Source of the DNA: Fibrobacteria bacterium
GTDB lineage: Bacteria > Fibrobacterota > Chitinivibrionia > Chitinivibrionales > FEN-1185
Assembly (NCBI GenBank): GCA_037447435.1
Contig: JBBIGR010000023.1
Span: 1 to 64,000 of the forward strand
Direction: 5' to 3'
Length of the DNA stretch: 64,000 nt
Positions 9,583-17,641 of the stretch are shown in pieces (positions within the stretch are counted from its first letter, which is position 1; every line of letters starts with the position of its first letter). The translations under genes and the position numbers were made by a program. The notes beneath the pieces were generated by a model, which saw only the letters and a list, made by a program, of their open reading frames with translations, ran no database searches and was not told the DNA's origin.

Positions 9583-10684
9583 GCCCGTTTATATCGCAGG
9601 AACAGGATCTTTTCTTCCCGGAGATCCGATTCCGTTCGACCGCATCGACTCGGTTCTTGGTCCCCTTTCCCAGGCGCCCCAGTCCATACGGAAATGGTAC
9701 GAGTCCCGCGCCGCAGTCATGAGGGAACTTTTAGACGTGTCGTATGTGCATTATGCCATAGATCCGGTCACGAGAAAATTTACCGAAGATAATGTGACCA
9801 TGTCGGTGAAAGCAGCCATGGCCGCATGCGCTCACGCGGCTATGGCTCCGTCCGACATCGAATTCATCAGTTACGGTTCCGCCCATCAGGACCAAATGCC
9901 CACAGCCTCGGTTCGAATACAGGAGGCCCTGGGCATCGAACGATGCGCCGAACTTTCCATTCATGCGAATTGCACTTCCGCTTACAAGGCCTTGCATTGC
10001 GCGTTCGAATTCGTTAAAAACGGTGTTTACAAAAACGCATTGGTTATTTCCTCGAGCATGTCGTCGTCGGAATTGGTAGCCGAATATTACAATCAGGAAA
10101 AATTGGACAGGGAATCCCTTTTTCTCCGGTGGTTTTTGTGCGACGGTGCCGGTGCGGTTTTGCTTTCGAGCGATCCCGCATTGTCCAAAGGGTATGCTTT
10201 GACCCATACGTTCATCGAATCGATCGGCGGAAAAAAGCCGTCGCTCATGTTCAATGAACGCCCGGCATATTGGCTGCCGCCGAAACAGGAATACGAGGAA
10301 GCGCGTCACCATTTGCGCCAGACGTTCCGCAATGCCCTTTCGACCGAGGTGTTTCAGGAAAAAGAGGGGTCGGTGTTTTTTAACGGACTCATGCGAATGG
10401 TTTCGGCGGGAAACATTCCCTTGGCAAAAATAAAGCTTTTTCAGGTCAATATGCCGACAAAGCATATCATCGAATCGATAATGGACGAATGTGAAAAGGC
10501 CGGCATCAACCGGTCGGCACTGTATTCCCGGCTCTCCGACTTAGGATATGTCGGTCCGCCTATGGTTTTTATCTGTCTGGACGGCATCATTAAGAATGAG
10601 AAATTGCAAAGCGGCGATTTGATCGTCAGTTTTGTCACAGAAGTAAGCAAATTCATGCAGGCGGGATATTGTATATCGGCATGA
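9575..10684 (+). CDS. KAS III-family (DarB/StlD/FabH-like) thiolase-fold enzyme with altered catalytic residues
   Basis: VYIAGTGSFLP, HANCTS (Cys), FLRWFLCDGAGA. The His and Asn positions read FQVNMP and LGYVGP. Confidence 0.8.
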   Translation: MSRPVYIAGTGSFLPGDPIPFDRIDSVLGPLSQAPQSIRKWYESRAAVMRELLDVSYVHYAIDPVTRKFTEDNVTMSVKAAMAACAHAAMAPSDIEFISYGSAHQDQMPTASVRIQEALGIERCAELSIHANCTSAYKALHCAFEFVKNGVYKNALVISSSMSSSELVAEYYNQEKLDRESLFLRWFLCDGAGAVLLSSDPALSKGYALTHTFIESIGGKKPSLMFNERPAYWLPPKQEYEEARHHLRQTFRNALSTEVFQEKEGSVFFNGLMRMVSAGNIPLAKIKLFQVNMPTKHIIESIMDECEKAGINRSALYSRLSDLGYVGPPMVFICLDGIIKNEKLQSGDLIVSFVTEVSKFMQAGYCISA

Positions 10685-11607
10685 CCACCCAACCGAAAAT
10701 CGCATTCGCTTTTCCCGGCGCCGGCGTCGATCCGTGCGGGTATGAAAAAGCGTTTTATTCGCAGTATGAAACCCTGATGAAACCGTATCTGGACATTGCC
10801 TCCGATTTTGCCCGATTCGATTTTGTCCAAGCCGTGAAGCGCGAAGAAATTTCCCGCCTTGACGAAAAAAACAGTCAGCTCTTCGCTTTTGCCTATAGTC
10901 ATGCAACTGCCATGGTTTATTTGCGCAGCCATATCACGCCGTCGTGTGTCGGCGGGTACAGCCTCGGCGTGTATGCCGCGCTTTCGGCAACCGGCGTTTT
11001 TTTATATGAAACCGGGTTGCAAATTGTCGCACAAGCGTTCGATATCATGCAAAAAAGCTGTTCAAGCTCGGAGTTCGCAATGGGTGCGGTTGTCGGTTGT
11101 GCATCGGAAGAAATACGGACACTGCTGGAAAATAATGCCGTGGGCTCATTAACTGTTGTCAATACCAATAACAAAACCTGCAGCATACTGTGCGGATTGC
11201 CGCACGAACTTGAAATGTTTTTTCACATCGCTAAAAATGCAAATGCGTTTTCCGTAAAACGGCTCCCGGTGCGCTTGCCGTATCATCATCCTGTGTATAT
11301 GGCGCAGGCGTCAAAGGATTTTGCCGCCTATTTGCGTTCGGTTCCTTGCAGCGATGCAATTGTCCCGATAATTTCTTCGGTAAATCAGATACCGGTCCGG
11401 TCCGCACATGAATGCAAATCGCTCCTCGTGACCAATCTTTCCACACCCATACATTGGGAAAAGGTCGTGGAAACCATGTATTCGAACCATATAACAACGA
11501 TGTACGAATGCGGTCCGGGTATTTCTTTGTTGCAAAACGGCAGGTTTATGGATAATGATATGTCGTATATAACAATAAAAAAAACTATCAGGAGCGCTTT
11601 GTCGTGA
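10681..11607 (+). CDS. ACP S-acyltransferase (FabD-like)
   Basis: AFAFPGAG, GGYSLG (catalytic Ser), LPVRLPYH, PIHW, YECGPG. Confidence 0.85.
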   Translation: MTTQPKIAFAFPGAGVDPCGYEKAFYSQYETLMKPYLDIASDFARFDFVQAVKREEISRLDEKNSQLFAFAYSHATAMVYLRSHITPSCVGGYSLGVYAALSATGVFLYETGLQIVAQAFDIMQKSCSSSEFAMGAVVGCASEEIRTLLENNAVGSLTVVNTNNKTCSILCGLPHELEMFFHIAKNANAFSVKRLPVRLPYHHPVYMAQASKDFAAYLRSVPCSDAIVPIISSVNQIPVRSAHECKSLLVTNLSTPIHWEKVVETMYSNHITTMYECGPGISLLQNGRFMDNDMSYITIKKTIRSALS

Positions 11608-12674
11608 GCAAACGCATCGCAATCGCAGGCAGCGGTAAAATGGCCAAAGACGTGGGCATGTATTTCCTGAAAAAAGGAAACAGCATTACTTGGATTTCAC
11701 GGCAGGAACAATTGCTGATCGATTTACAGGCAAGCATCGATAAATCGGTACGCATGTTCATGAAGTATTCGGGCGGTATGGTCAAGCAATTGTCGGCCTC
11801 GTTTCTCCTCTACGACGAATTGGAAAAAGACAAATTCGACGTCGTCATCGAATGCACGAAAGAGGTTTTGCAAGACAAAAAGGACGTTTTCGCCTCCTTG
11901 GAAGGGCATATTGCCGATAAGGGATTGCTGTTTTCGGTTTCGTCATCGATCCTGCCTTCGCAAATTCACGAAGCGTGCATCGGCTTTCATGCCATGTTTC
12001 CATTGGAAATGACCACCACTGCCGAGCTTGTAATCGGCAATTCGATCGCACCTGCTTGCCGGGACGCCGCATTATTGTTTTGTAAAGAAAACGACGTCGA
12101 TTTCATTGTTCAAAACGAGAAAAATGCTTTTGCCCTGAACCGGCTTTTATTACCGCTTCAAAACGAAGTGCTTACGGCATTGCTCGATACTGTTTCAACG
12201 CGCGACGTAAACAGCGCATCGCGGTCGTTATTGTTACCGTTAGGCCAAATCGATTTGATTGAAAAAATCGGGCCCAACATAGTTGGGGCGTCGGTAGAAT
12301 CCTATCGGCGTCGGATGGATCCCGTCGAATCCGCAGCGTTTGAACCATTGTCAAAGGGACTGTCCGCATTCCAATCCTATGTGCACAATTCTTCGACGCA
12401 ACCGTTATTGCCCGACGACAAGTACAATGAATTTAAAAACCGCTTGTTGTGTCTGTTTATAAATACCTGTTTGACGTTTATCGAACAAAAACAGATTCCC
12501 AGGCAGGAATTGGATTCCTCGTTTTCCGATGTGTTTTCGTCCGAAGGCACCTTGCAGAATGCAATCGACGATGTCGGCTTGGAAACGATAATCGAAGTTT
12601 GCAATGCGGAATATAAAAAAACGGGGAAATATTATTTCAAACCATCACTGCACGCCGACGGGCAGCCTTTATGA
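11604..12674 (+). CDS. 3-hydroxyacyl-CoA dehydrogenase-like protein
   Basis: Rossmann IAIAGSGKMA, DVVIECTKE..DKKDVF, SSSI, IGFHAMFP...ELV, FALNRLL. Confidence 0.75.
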   Translation: MSKRIAIAGSGKMAKDVGMYFLKKGNSITWISRQEQLLIDLQASIDKSVRMFMKYSGGMVKQLSASFLLYDELEKDKFDVVIECTKEVLQDKKDVFASLEGHIADKGLLFSVSSSILPSQIHEACIGFHAMFPLEMTTTAELVIGNSIAPACRDAALLFCKENDVDFIVQNEKNAFALNRLLLPLQNEVLTALLDTVSTRDVNSASRSLLLPLGQIDLIEKIGPNIVGASVESYRRRMDPVESAAFEPLSKGLSAFQSYVHNSSTQPLLPDDKYNEFKNRLLCLFINTCLTFIEQKQIPRQELDSSFSDVFSSEGTLQNAIDDVGLETIIEVCNAEYKKTGKYYFKPSLHADGQPL

Positions 12675-13342
12675 CAGACGGGATTTTACCGGACAACGCG
12701 ATAACCCTCCGGATCGGGGAAGGGAATTTTGACCTTTGCCCGTTGCTCCATGCCGATGCAAACAACCTGCGGTCGCTTTTGGAAATGCCCGATGTTAAAA
12801 GTTGCTTATTGGTAGTCGGCGGTATTTTGGAAAACGGACCCCAAAAAGCATTGCCGGCGGAATCGAATGCGCGCTTCGCCGGAGAAATCATCGATGCGAT
12901 TCGTTTTGCACCCGTGCCGGTTGCGGGAATCCTGCATACCTGTGCGTACGGCGCTTCGCTGAATTTGTTTCTTGCTTGCCATTTGCGGTTTGCGTCTCCC
13001 GAGGCGGTCATGAAATTCTCGTTGGGCTCCTCGCAAGTATACAATGGCTTTGAACGGGATTTCCGGCATTCTCCCGAACTCATGCAGACATTTTCGTTTA
13101 ACGAAACGGTCGATGCGGTAAAGGCAATGCGATTAGGATTGGTCCACGAAATTGTGGAAGGAGCCATCATAGAAAACAAGGTCAGGGACTATGTTAACGG
13201 GCTGATTTCGGGCAAGCATAAAAAGGTCGTTTCCAGCGTTTTGCATGCGGTCCATGCAAGCAGGAATCTTCCGGTGCACGAGGCGTTGGCTGTAGAGACG
13301 CGGTTGTTTTGCGACTTGGCAAAAGAGGGTGGCCATGAATAA
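12671..13342 (+). CDS. enoyl-CoA hydratase/isomerase-like protein, degenerate
   Basis: PVPVAGI...AYGASLNLFLACHLRFAS, VDAVKAMRLGLVHEIV, EALAVETRLF. The canonical catalytic Glu residues are not evident. Confidence 0.65.
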   Translation: MTDGILPDNAITLRIGEGNFDLCPLLHADANNLRSLLEMPDVKSCLLVVGGILENGPQKALPAESNARFAGEIIDAIRFAPVPVAGILHTCAYGASLNLFLACHLRFASPEAVMKFSLGSSQVYNGFERDFRHSPELMQTFSFNETVDAVKAMRLGLVHEIVEGAIIENKVRDYVNGLISGKHKKVVSSVLHAVHASRNLPVHEALAVETRLFCDLAKEGGHE

Positions 13343-13721
13343 AAGCTCCGGCGATCGGTTTATCACGACAAGTGTCGTATCTGTAAAAATCAACAAGTCG
13401 CCGAAGGCCTTGGAGTTGTTGCGAAACGCCTGTTTTTCCTCTGAAAAAGAAAAACCGGTTTTCCACTATCCTGCGCAACGTATTGCCGGGCTTGCCGCTT
13501 GCAAAAAGGCGATTGCAAAAGTTATACGCGAAATGTTCGGGGCGACCATCCGGGCAAAAAGCATAGTTTTAACCCATCGGACCGCCGCTTCACCGAAAAT
13601 TGCTTCTTTGCCAAAGGAATTCGCGCCCTTAGAAAAAGACTTTTGTATTTCGCTGTCCCACACAAAAACCCATGCGTTCGGTTGCGCCGTGCTCACGATA
13701 CAAGGGGACGACGGTGAGTGA
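13335..13721 (+). CDS. AcpS-fold protein, non-catalytic half (Sfp N-domain-like)
   Basis: IAGLAACKKAIAK (KEA changed to KKA), ASPKI (GKP-like) and ISLSHTKTHA. No GxD motif. Confidence 0.6.
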   Translation: MNKSSGDRFITTSVVSVKINKSPKALELLRNACFSSEKEKPVFHYPAQRIAGLAACKKAIAKVIREMFGATIRAKSIVLTHRTAASPKIASLPKEFAPLEKDFCISLSHTKTHAFGCAVLTIQGDDGE

Positions 13722-14355
13722 AAAGTCGCCTTGCATCACGTTTCATCTTGAAAACGCCATCGCGTATGTAACGATAGCCAGCCCGCCCAAAAATGCCATG
13801 GGCAATTCTTTTTTCATGGAATTGGCTCGCATGCGAAAAGATGTTTTTGCCGCATTATCCCCACGCAACGTGCGGGGAATGGTTGTCTGCGGCATGGGGC
13901 GTCATTTCTCGTGCGGCGCCGATCTTATGGAGTTAAAAGATGCGCTTGCCCACATGGATCGTCAAAAAGGCATCAACGGATTGCTTGACAACAGCAGCAG
14001 TTTCTCCGCCATTGCGGATATGCCGTTTCCGGTTGTGGCGGCAATAAGCGGCTGTTGTTTGGGAAGCGGTCTCGAGCTTGCGTTGGCCTGCCATTATCGT
14101 ATCGCAACAAAAAATGCCGTCCTCGGCCTGCCCGAAACCACGTTCGGGCTCATTCCCGGCTGCGGCGGCACGGTCAGGTTGACGAAACTGATCGGTCATG
14201 AAAAAGCCCTTAAGATTATTTTGTCGGGATCGTCCATGCTCGCAGACGAAGCGAAAAACGCGGGCATAGTGGATCTGGTTGTGGAAAAACAGGACTTACT
14301 GGCCTCGGCAACCAGGTACATCGAAGAAAATCCGTCCCGCAACGGCAATGCATAA
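13714..14355 (+). CDS. enoyl-CoA hydratase/isomerase
   Basis: PPKNAM, FSCGADL, PVVAAISG.CLGSGLELALAC and LPETTFGLIPGCGGT, with both catalytic Glu present. GTG start at 13714 after AGGGG. Confidence 0.9.
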   Translation: MSEKSPCITFHLENAIAYVTIASPPKNAMGNSFFMELARMRKDVFAALSPRNVRGMVVCGMGRHFSCGADLMELKDALAHMDRQKGINGLLDNSSSFSAIADMPFPVVAAISGCCLGSGLELALACHYRIATKNAVLGLPETTFGLIPGCGGTVRLTKLIGHEKALKIILSGSSMLADEAKNAGIVDLVVEKQDLLASATRYIEENPSRNGNA

Positions 14356-14500
14356 GATTTGTCAGTTCATTCCGGCCGGCTGTTGCATTGCGTTTGCAAA
14401 TAAAGGGGAGTATATTTTAAATACCCTTGAAATTCGACAGTCGGACGAGGCAACCGCTATTCCACCTCGTAATAACGCAATTAATAAAGGATCATGGTGA

Positions 14501-15796
14501 ATGGGTTTTAAAATACCGATAATTACTTTGTCAAGCGCTCACGGGAAAAGAGTGTTGTCGTCGATACGAACTGCCGCATCCGACAGAAACGCATCGGCGC
14601 TAAGCAATGTCGCCAATATCCTGTGCGACGTCAAAACCAACGGCGACAAAGCATTGTTCAAATACTCCAAACAGTTCGACGGTGCGACCGTGACGAAGAA
14701 TACTCTTCGTCTTAAGTCGGATTACATCGGGAAAAGGGCCGCGCTTGCGGAAAAGGCGTTTACCGCATCCTGTAAAGAAGCGGCAAAACGGATCCGGGCT
14801 TTTCATGAAAAGCAACTGTCCAAGTCGTTTACCATTAAAACTCCTGAAGGAAAGCTGTCGCAACTGATTCGTCCTCTTCAAAGAGTGGGCGTGTATGTCC
14901 CGGGCGGATACACTGCTTACCCGTCTACCGTTCTCATGGATGTTATTCCGGCGCAAATAGCGGGCGTGGCCGAAATCGCGGTTGCAACGCCGCCCCGAGG
15001 CGAACTTCATCCCGCAATCGCGTTTGCTTTGGAAATGCTTGGCGTACAAGAAGTATACCGCATGGGCGGCCCGCAGGCGATCGCGGCCTTTGCGTACGGG
15101 ACGGCAAGCGTGAAAAAAGTCGATAAAATTGTAGGGCCGGGAAATTTATACGTGGCATTGGCAAAAAAAGCGGTGTACGGCACTGTGGACATCGATTCGG
15201 TTGCCGGGCCCAGCGAAGTCATCGTGCTTGCGGACGCATCGGCCAATCCGCAATGGGTGGCGCTCGATATGCTTGCCCAGGCCGAACACGGCAGCGGCGA
15301 CGAGACCGCAATATGCGTGACCGAAGATATGGAATTCGCAAAACGTTTGCAGCACGCCGTTTCCCTTGAAGTTGCGGCTTCGCCGGTGAAGGATGTTTTC
15401 AAGAAATTGCGGCTCGACGCATTATGCATTTGCATTGCAAAAGACCGGAAACAGAGCATAGATTTTGTCAACGAATGCGGTCCCGAACATCTGGAAATCA
15501 TTACCGCGACCTATGCCAAGGACCTCGATTCCGTCAAGAATGCAGGCGCGGTATTTTTGGGCCCGTATTCTCCCGTTGCCATGGGCGATTATTTTATCGG
15601 CACCAATCATGTACTTCCGACGGGCGGAGCAGCGCGCTATGCATCGCCGCTGGGGGTCGAAAGTTTTGTCAAGCGCATGTCGGTTGCCGAAATTTCCAAG
15701 GCCGGATGCAAAAAGGCGGCAGCTCACGTTTCTGTACTTGCGCGGACCGAAAAATTCGTTCATCATGCGCTCAGCGCCGAAAAAAGGGCCGTCTAA
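14501..15796 (+). CDS. hisD: histidinol dehydrogenase
   Basis: GVYVPGG, GGPQAIAAFAYG, VDKIVGPGNLYV, IDSVAGPSE, LAQAEH, PEHL, GDYFIGTNHVLPT. Confidence 0.97.
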   Translation: MGFKIPIITLSSAHGKRVLSSIRTAASDRNASALSNVANILCDVKTNGDKALFKYSKQFDGATVTKNTLRLKSDYIGKRAALAEKAFTASCKEAAKRIRAFHEKQLSKSFTIKTPEGKLSQLIRPLQRVGVYVPGGYTAYPSTVLMDVIPAQIAGVAEIAVATPPRGELHPAIAFALEMLGVQEVYRMGGPQAIAAFAYGTASVKKVDKIVGPGNLYVALAKKAVYGTVDIDSVAGPSEVIVLADASANPQWVALDMLAQAEHGSGDETAICVTEDMEFAKRLQHAVSLEVAASPVKDVFKKLRLDALCICIAKDRKQSIDFVNECGPEHLEIITATYAKDLDSVKNAGAVFLGPYSPVAMGDYFIGTNHVLPTGGAARYASPLGVESFVKRMSVAEISKAGCKKAAAHVSVLARTEKFVHHALSAEKRAV

Positions 15797-15853
15797 ATCC
15801 GTTTTTAAAGAACTTGTTTTCGATATATTCCACCTTGTCAAAGGACGTACCGT

Positions 15854-16843
15854 ATGGCCAATCCTACCGTGATTCTCGTCGTGGTTCTTGCCATTGCCGC
15901 ATTGATTCTGTTTTTCTTCGTTGCTTCGGCCCTTTCGCTTTGGGTGCAGGCGCTTATTTCCGGCGCACGCGTGGGCCTGTTGAATATCGTTTTCATGCGC
16001 TTTCGGAAAGTACCGCCCAAGGTCATTGTCGAAGCAAAGATCATGGCAAAAAAGGCGGACATTGAAATATCAACGGATTTGCTGGAGGCGCATTTTCTTG
16101 CCGGCGGAAATGTGACGCGCGTTGTCAAGGCGCTCATCGCCGCCGACAAGGCAAACATTTCGCTGGATTTTAAGCGCGCGACAGCCATAGACCTTGCCGG
16201 TCGAAATGTGCTCGAAGCGGTGCAAATGAGCGTGAACCCCAAAGTCATAGAGACACCGCGAGTCGCGGGTGTTGCCAAAGACGGCATTCAGCTTACCGCC
16301 ATTTCCCGCGTCACGGTGCGCGCAAACATCGACCGTCTTGTCGGCGGTGCCGGAGAGGAAACGATTTTGGCACGTGTCGGCGAAGGCATCGTGACTACCA
16401 TCGGTTCCGCGAATTCGCATAAACTCGTTCTTGAAAAACCCGATATGATTTCCAAAACAGTGCTGGAAAAAGGGCTCGATGCCGGCACTGCTTTCGAAAT
16501 TTTGTCAATCGATATCGCCGATGTCGATGTCGGCAAAAATATCGGCGCAGTGCTGGAAACGGACCGGGCAGAGGCAGACAAGAAAATAGCGCAGGCAAAA
16601 GCCGAAGAGCGTCGTGCAATGGCTATTGCGGCGGAGCAGGAAATGAAAGCCAAAACACAGGAAATGCGTGCAAAAGTCGTGGAAGCCGAGGCGAAAATCC
16701 CGCAGGCCATGGCGGAGGCGTTTATAAAAGGTAATTTGGGCGTCATGGACTATTATAAAATGAAAAACGTCATGGCCGATACCGGAATGCGTGAGGCAAT
16801 AGGCGGTACGTCCCATGAAGGTTCCAAAGGCGAACAGAAATAA
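15854..16843 (+). CDS. floA: flotillin-like protein FloA (YqfA/UPF0365)
   Basis: [76 protein letters not shown]. Confidence 0.95.
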   Translation: MANPTVILVVVLAIAALILFFFVASALSLWVQALISGARVGLLNIVFMRFRKVPPKVIVEAKIMAKKADIEISTDLLEAHFLAGGNVTRVVKALIAADKANISLDFKRATAIDLAGRNVLEAVQMSVNPKVIETPRVAGVAKDGIQLTAISRVTVRANIDRLVGGAGEETILARVGEGIVTTIGSANSHKLVLEKPDMISKTVLEKGLDAGTAFEILSIDIADVDVGKNIGAVLETDRAEADKKIAQAKAEERRAMAIAAEQEMKAKTQEMRAKVVEAEAKIPQAMAEAFIKGNLGVMDYYKMKNVMADTGMREAIGGTSHEGSKGEQK

Positions 16844-16854
16844 CCAGATAATCA

Positions 16855-16885
16855 CAGTTGCACGGTAACGGTTACCTTGCAACTG
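16855..16885 (+). terminator. hairpin between floA and the downstream gene (possible terminator or stabiliser)
   Basis: CAGTTGCA-C-GGTAAC-G-GTTACC-T-TGCAACTG, followed after 5 nt by a T-run. Confidence 0.4.
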
Positions 16886-16910
16886 CCGACTTTTTTGAAA
16901 CGGGTATTAT

Positions 16911-17540
16911 ATGCATGCAGATATAGGATCGTTTGTTCAGCCGTTTGTAGTAATACTATTTGTCATTATCATGTTTTTGTCCCAGCTTGCAAAAGCAAAA
17001 CAAAAGCAAAAACAGGCCGAAACCGAGCCAAATCGCAGAGGAACCGGTCCTCAATCCGCAACACCCGAAGAACAATCAAATGATCATACGACAACAAACG
17101 ACGGCCGCGACCCAATAAAAAAAGAGGAGCCGTCGCAACTCAAGCGGACACTCGACGAAATTTTCGGCGAACTGGGAATACCGGTGCCGGGCGAACAAGA
17201 ACCAAACAGTGAAAAACCGCATGGATACACGGAACCGCAAAAAAACAGGCCCGCCGAAGAGACTGTAACAAAGAATAAAAGGATCGATAGTAAAGAGCCC
17301 AAGCAATATCCGGTGTCAGTGTCAGTTGCCACTGCCGCGATATCAGCCGTTCAAAAGGACGCAAATGCGGCCTACGATTCTGCGAGCCCGCTTACGGAGA
17401 AAAATATCTATGCGGTTTCGTCATCTGTTGTCGAAGAGGAACGTTCATTACTGGGTAAGTACGATGCCAAAGAATTGCAGCGGCTTGTAATTTGGAGCGA
17501 AATCCTTGCAAAGCCCAAGGCCTTGCAAGAAGAGAATTGA
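16911..17540 (+). CDS. YqfB-like membrane-anchored protein associated with floA
   Basis: N-terminal TM helix, low-complexity middle, C-terminal LQRLVIWSEILAKPKAL motif typical of genes downstream of floA. Confidence 0.65.
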   Translation: MHADIGSFVQPFVVILFVIIMFLSQLAKAKQKQKQAETEPNRRGTGPQSATPEEQSNDHTTTNDGRDPIKKEEPSQLKRTLDEIFGELGIPVPGEQEPNSEKPHGYTEPQKNRPAEETVTKNKRIDSKEPKQYPVSVSVATAAISAVQKDANAAYDSASPLTEKNIYAVSSSVVEEERSLLGKYDAKELQRLVIWSEILAKPKALQEEN

Positions 17541-17641
17541 ACCCCGCCGCAAAGTCCGAATGCCTTTTTTTCCGAAGACCGCGATTACAACCGGATGTAC
17601 ACTTCAGTGAGCAGCCTGCAATGCGCTCGAATATGGGATTC

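Noticed and set aside
9731..10465. Long antisense or alternate-frame ORFs (e.g. 9731-10465, 15424-16065, 21107-21766, 47003-47641, 57317-57979)
   Set aside because: They are shadows of well-supported genes, with no motifs or RBS.
8374..10684. Dialkylresorcinol, aryl polyene or ladderane cluster assignment
   Set aside because: No DarA, no chain-length-factor/FabG/FabZ set and no desaturase-like genes. The similarity is limited to single enzymes.
7454..14355. Polyketide beta-branching cassette (ACP, KS0, HMGS, ECH1, ECH2)
   Set aside because: FabF retains its Cys, the KAS III-like protein lacks recognisable HMG-CoA synthase motifs, and no modular PKS is present. Only the two crotonases fit.
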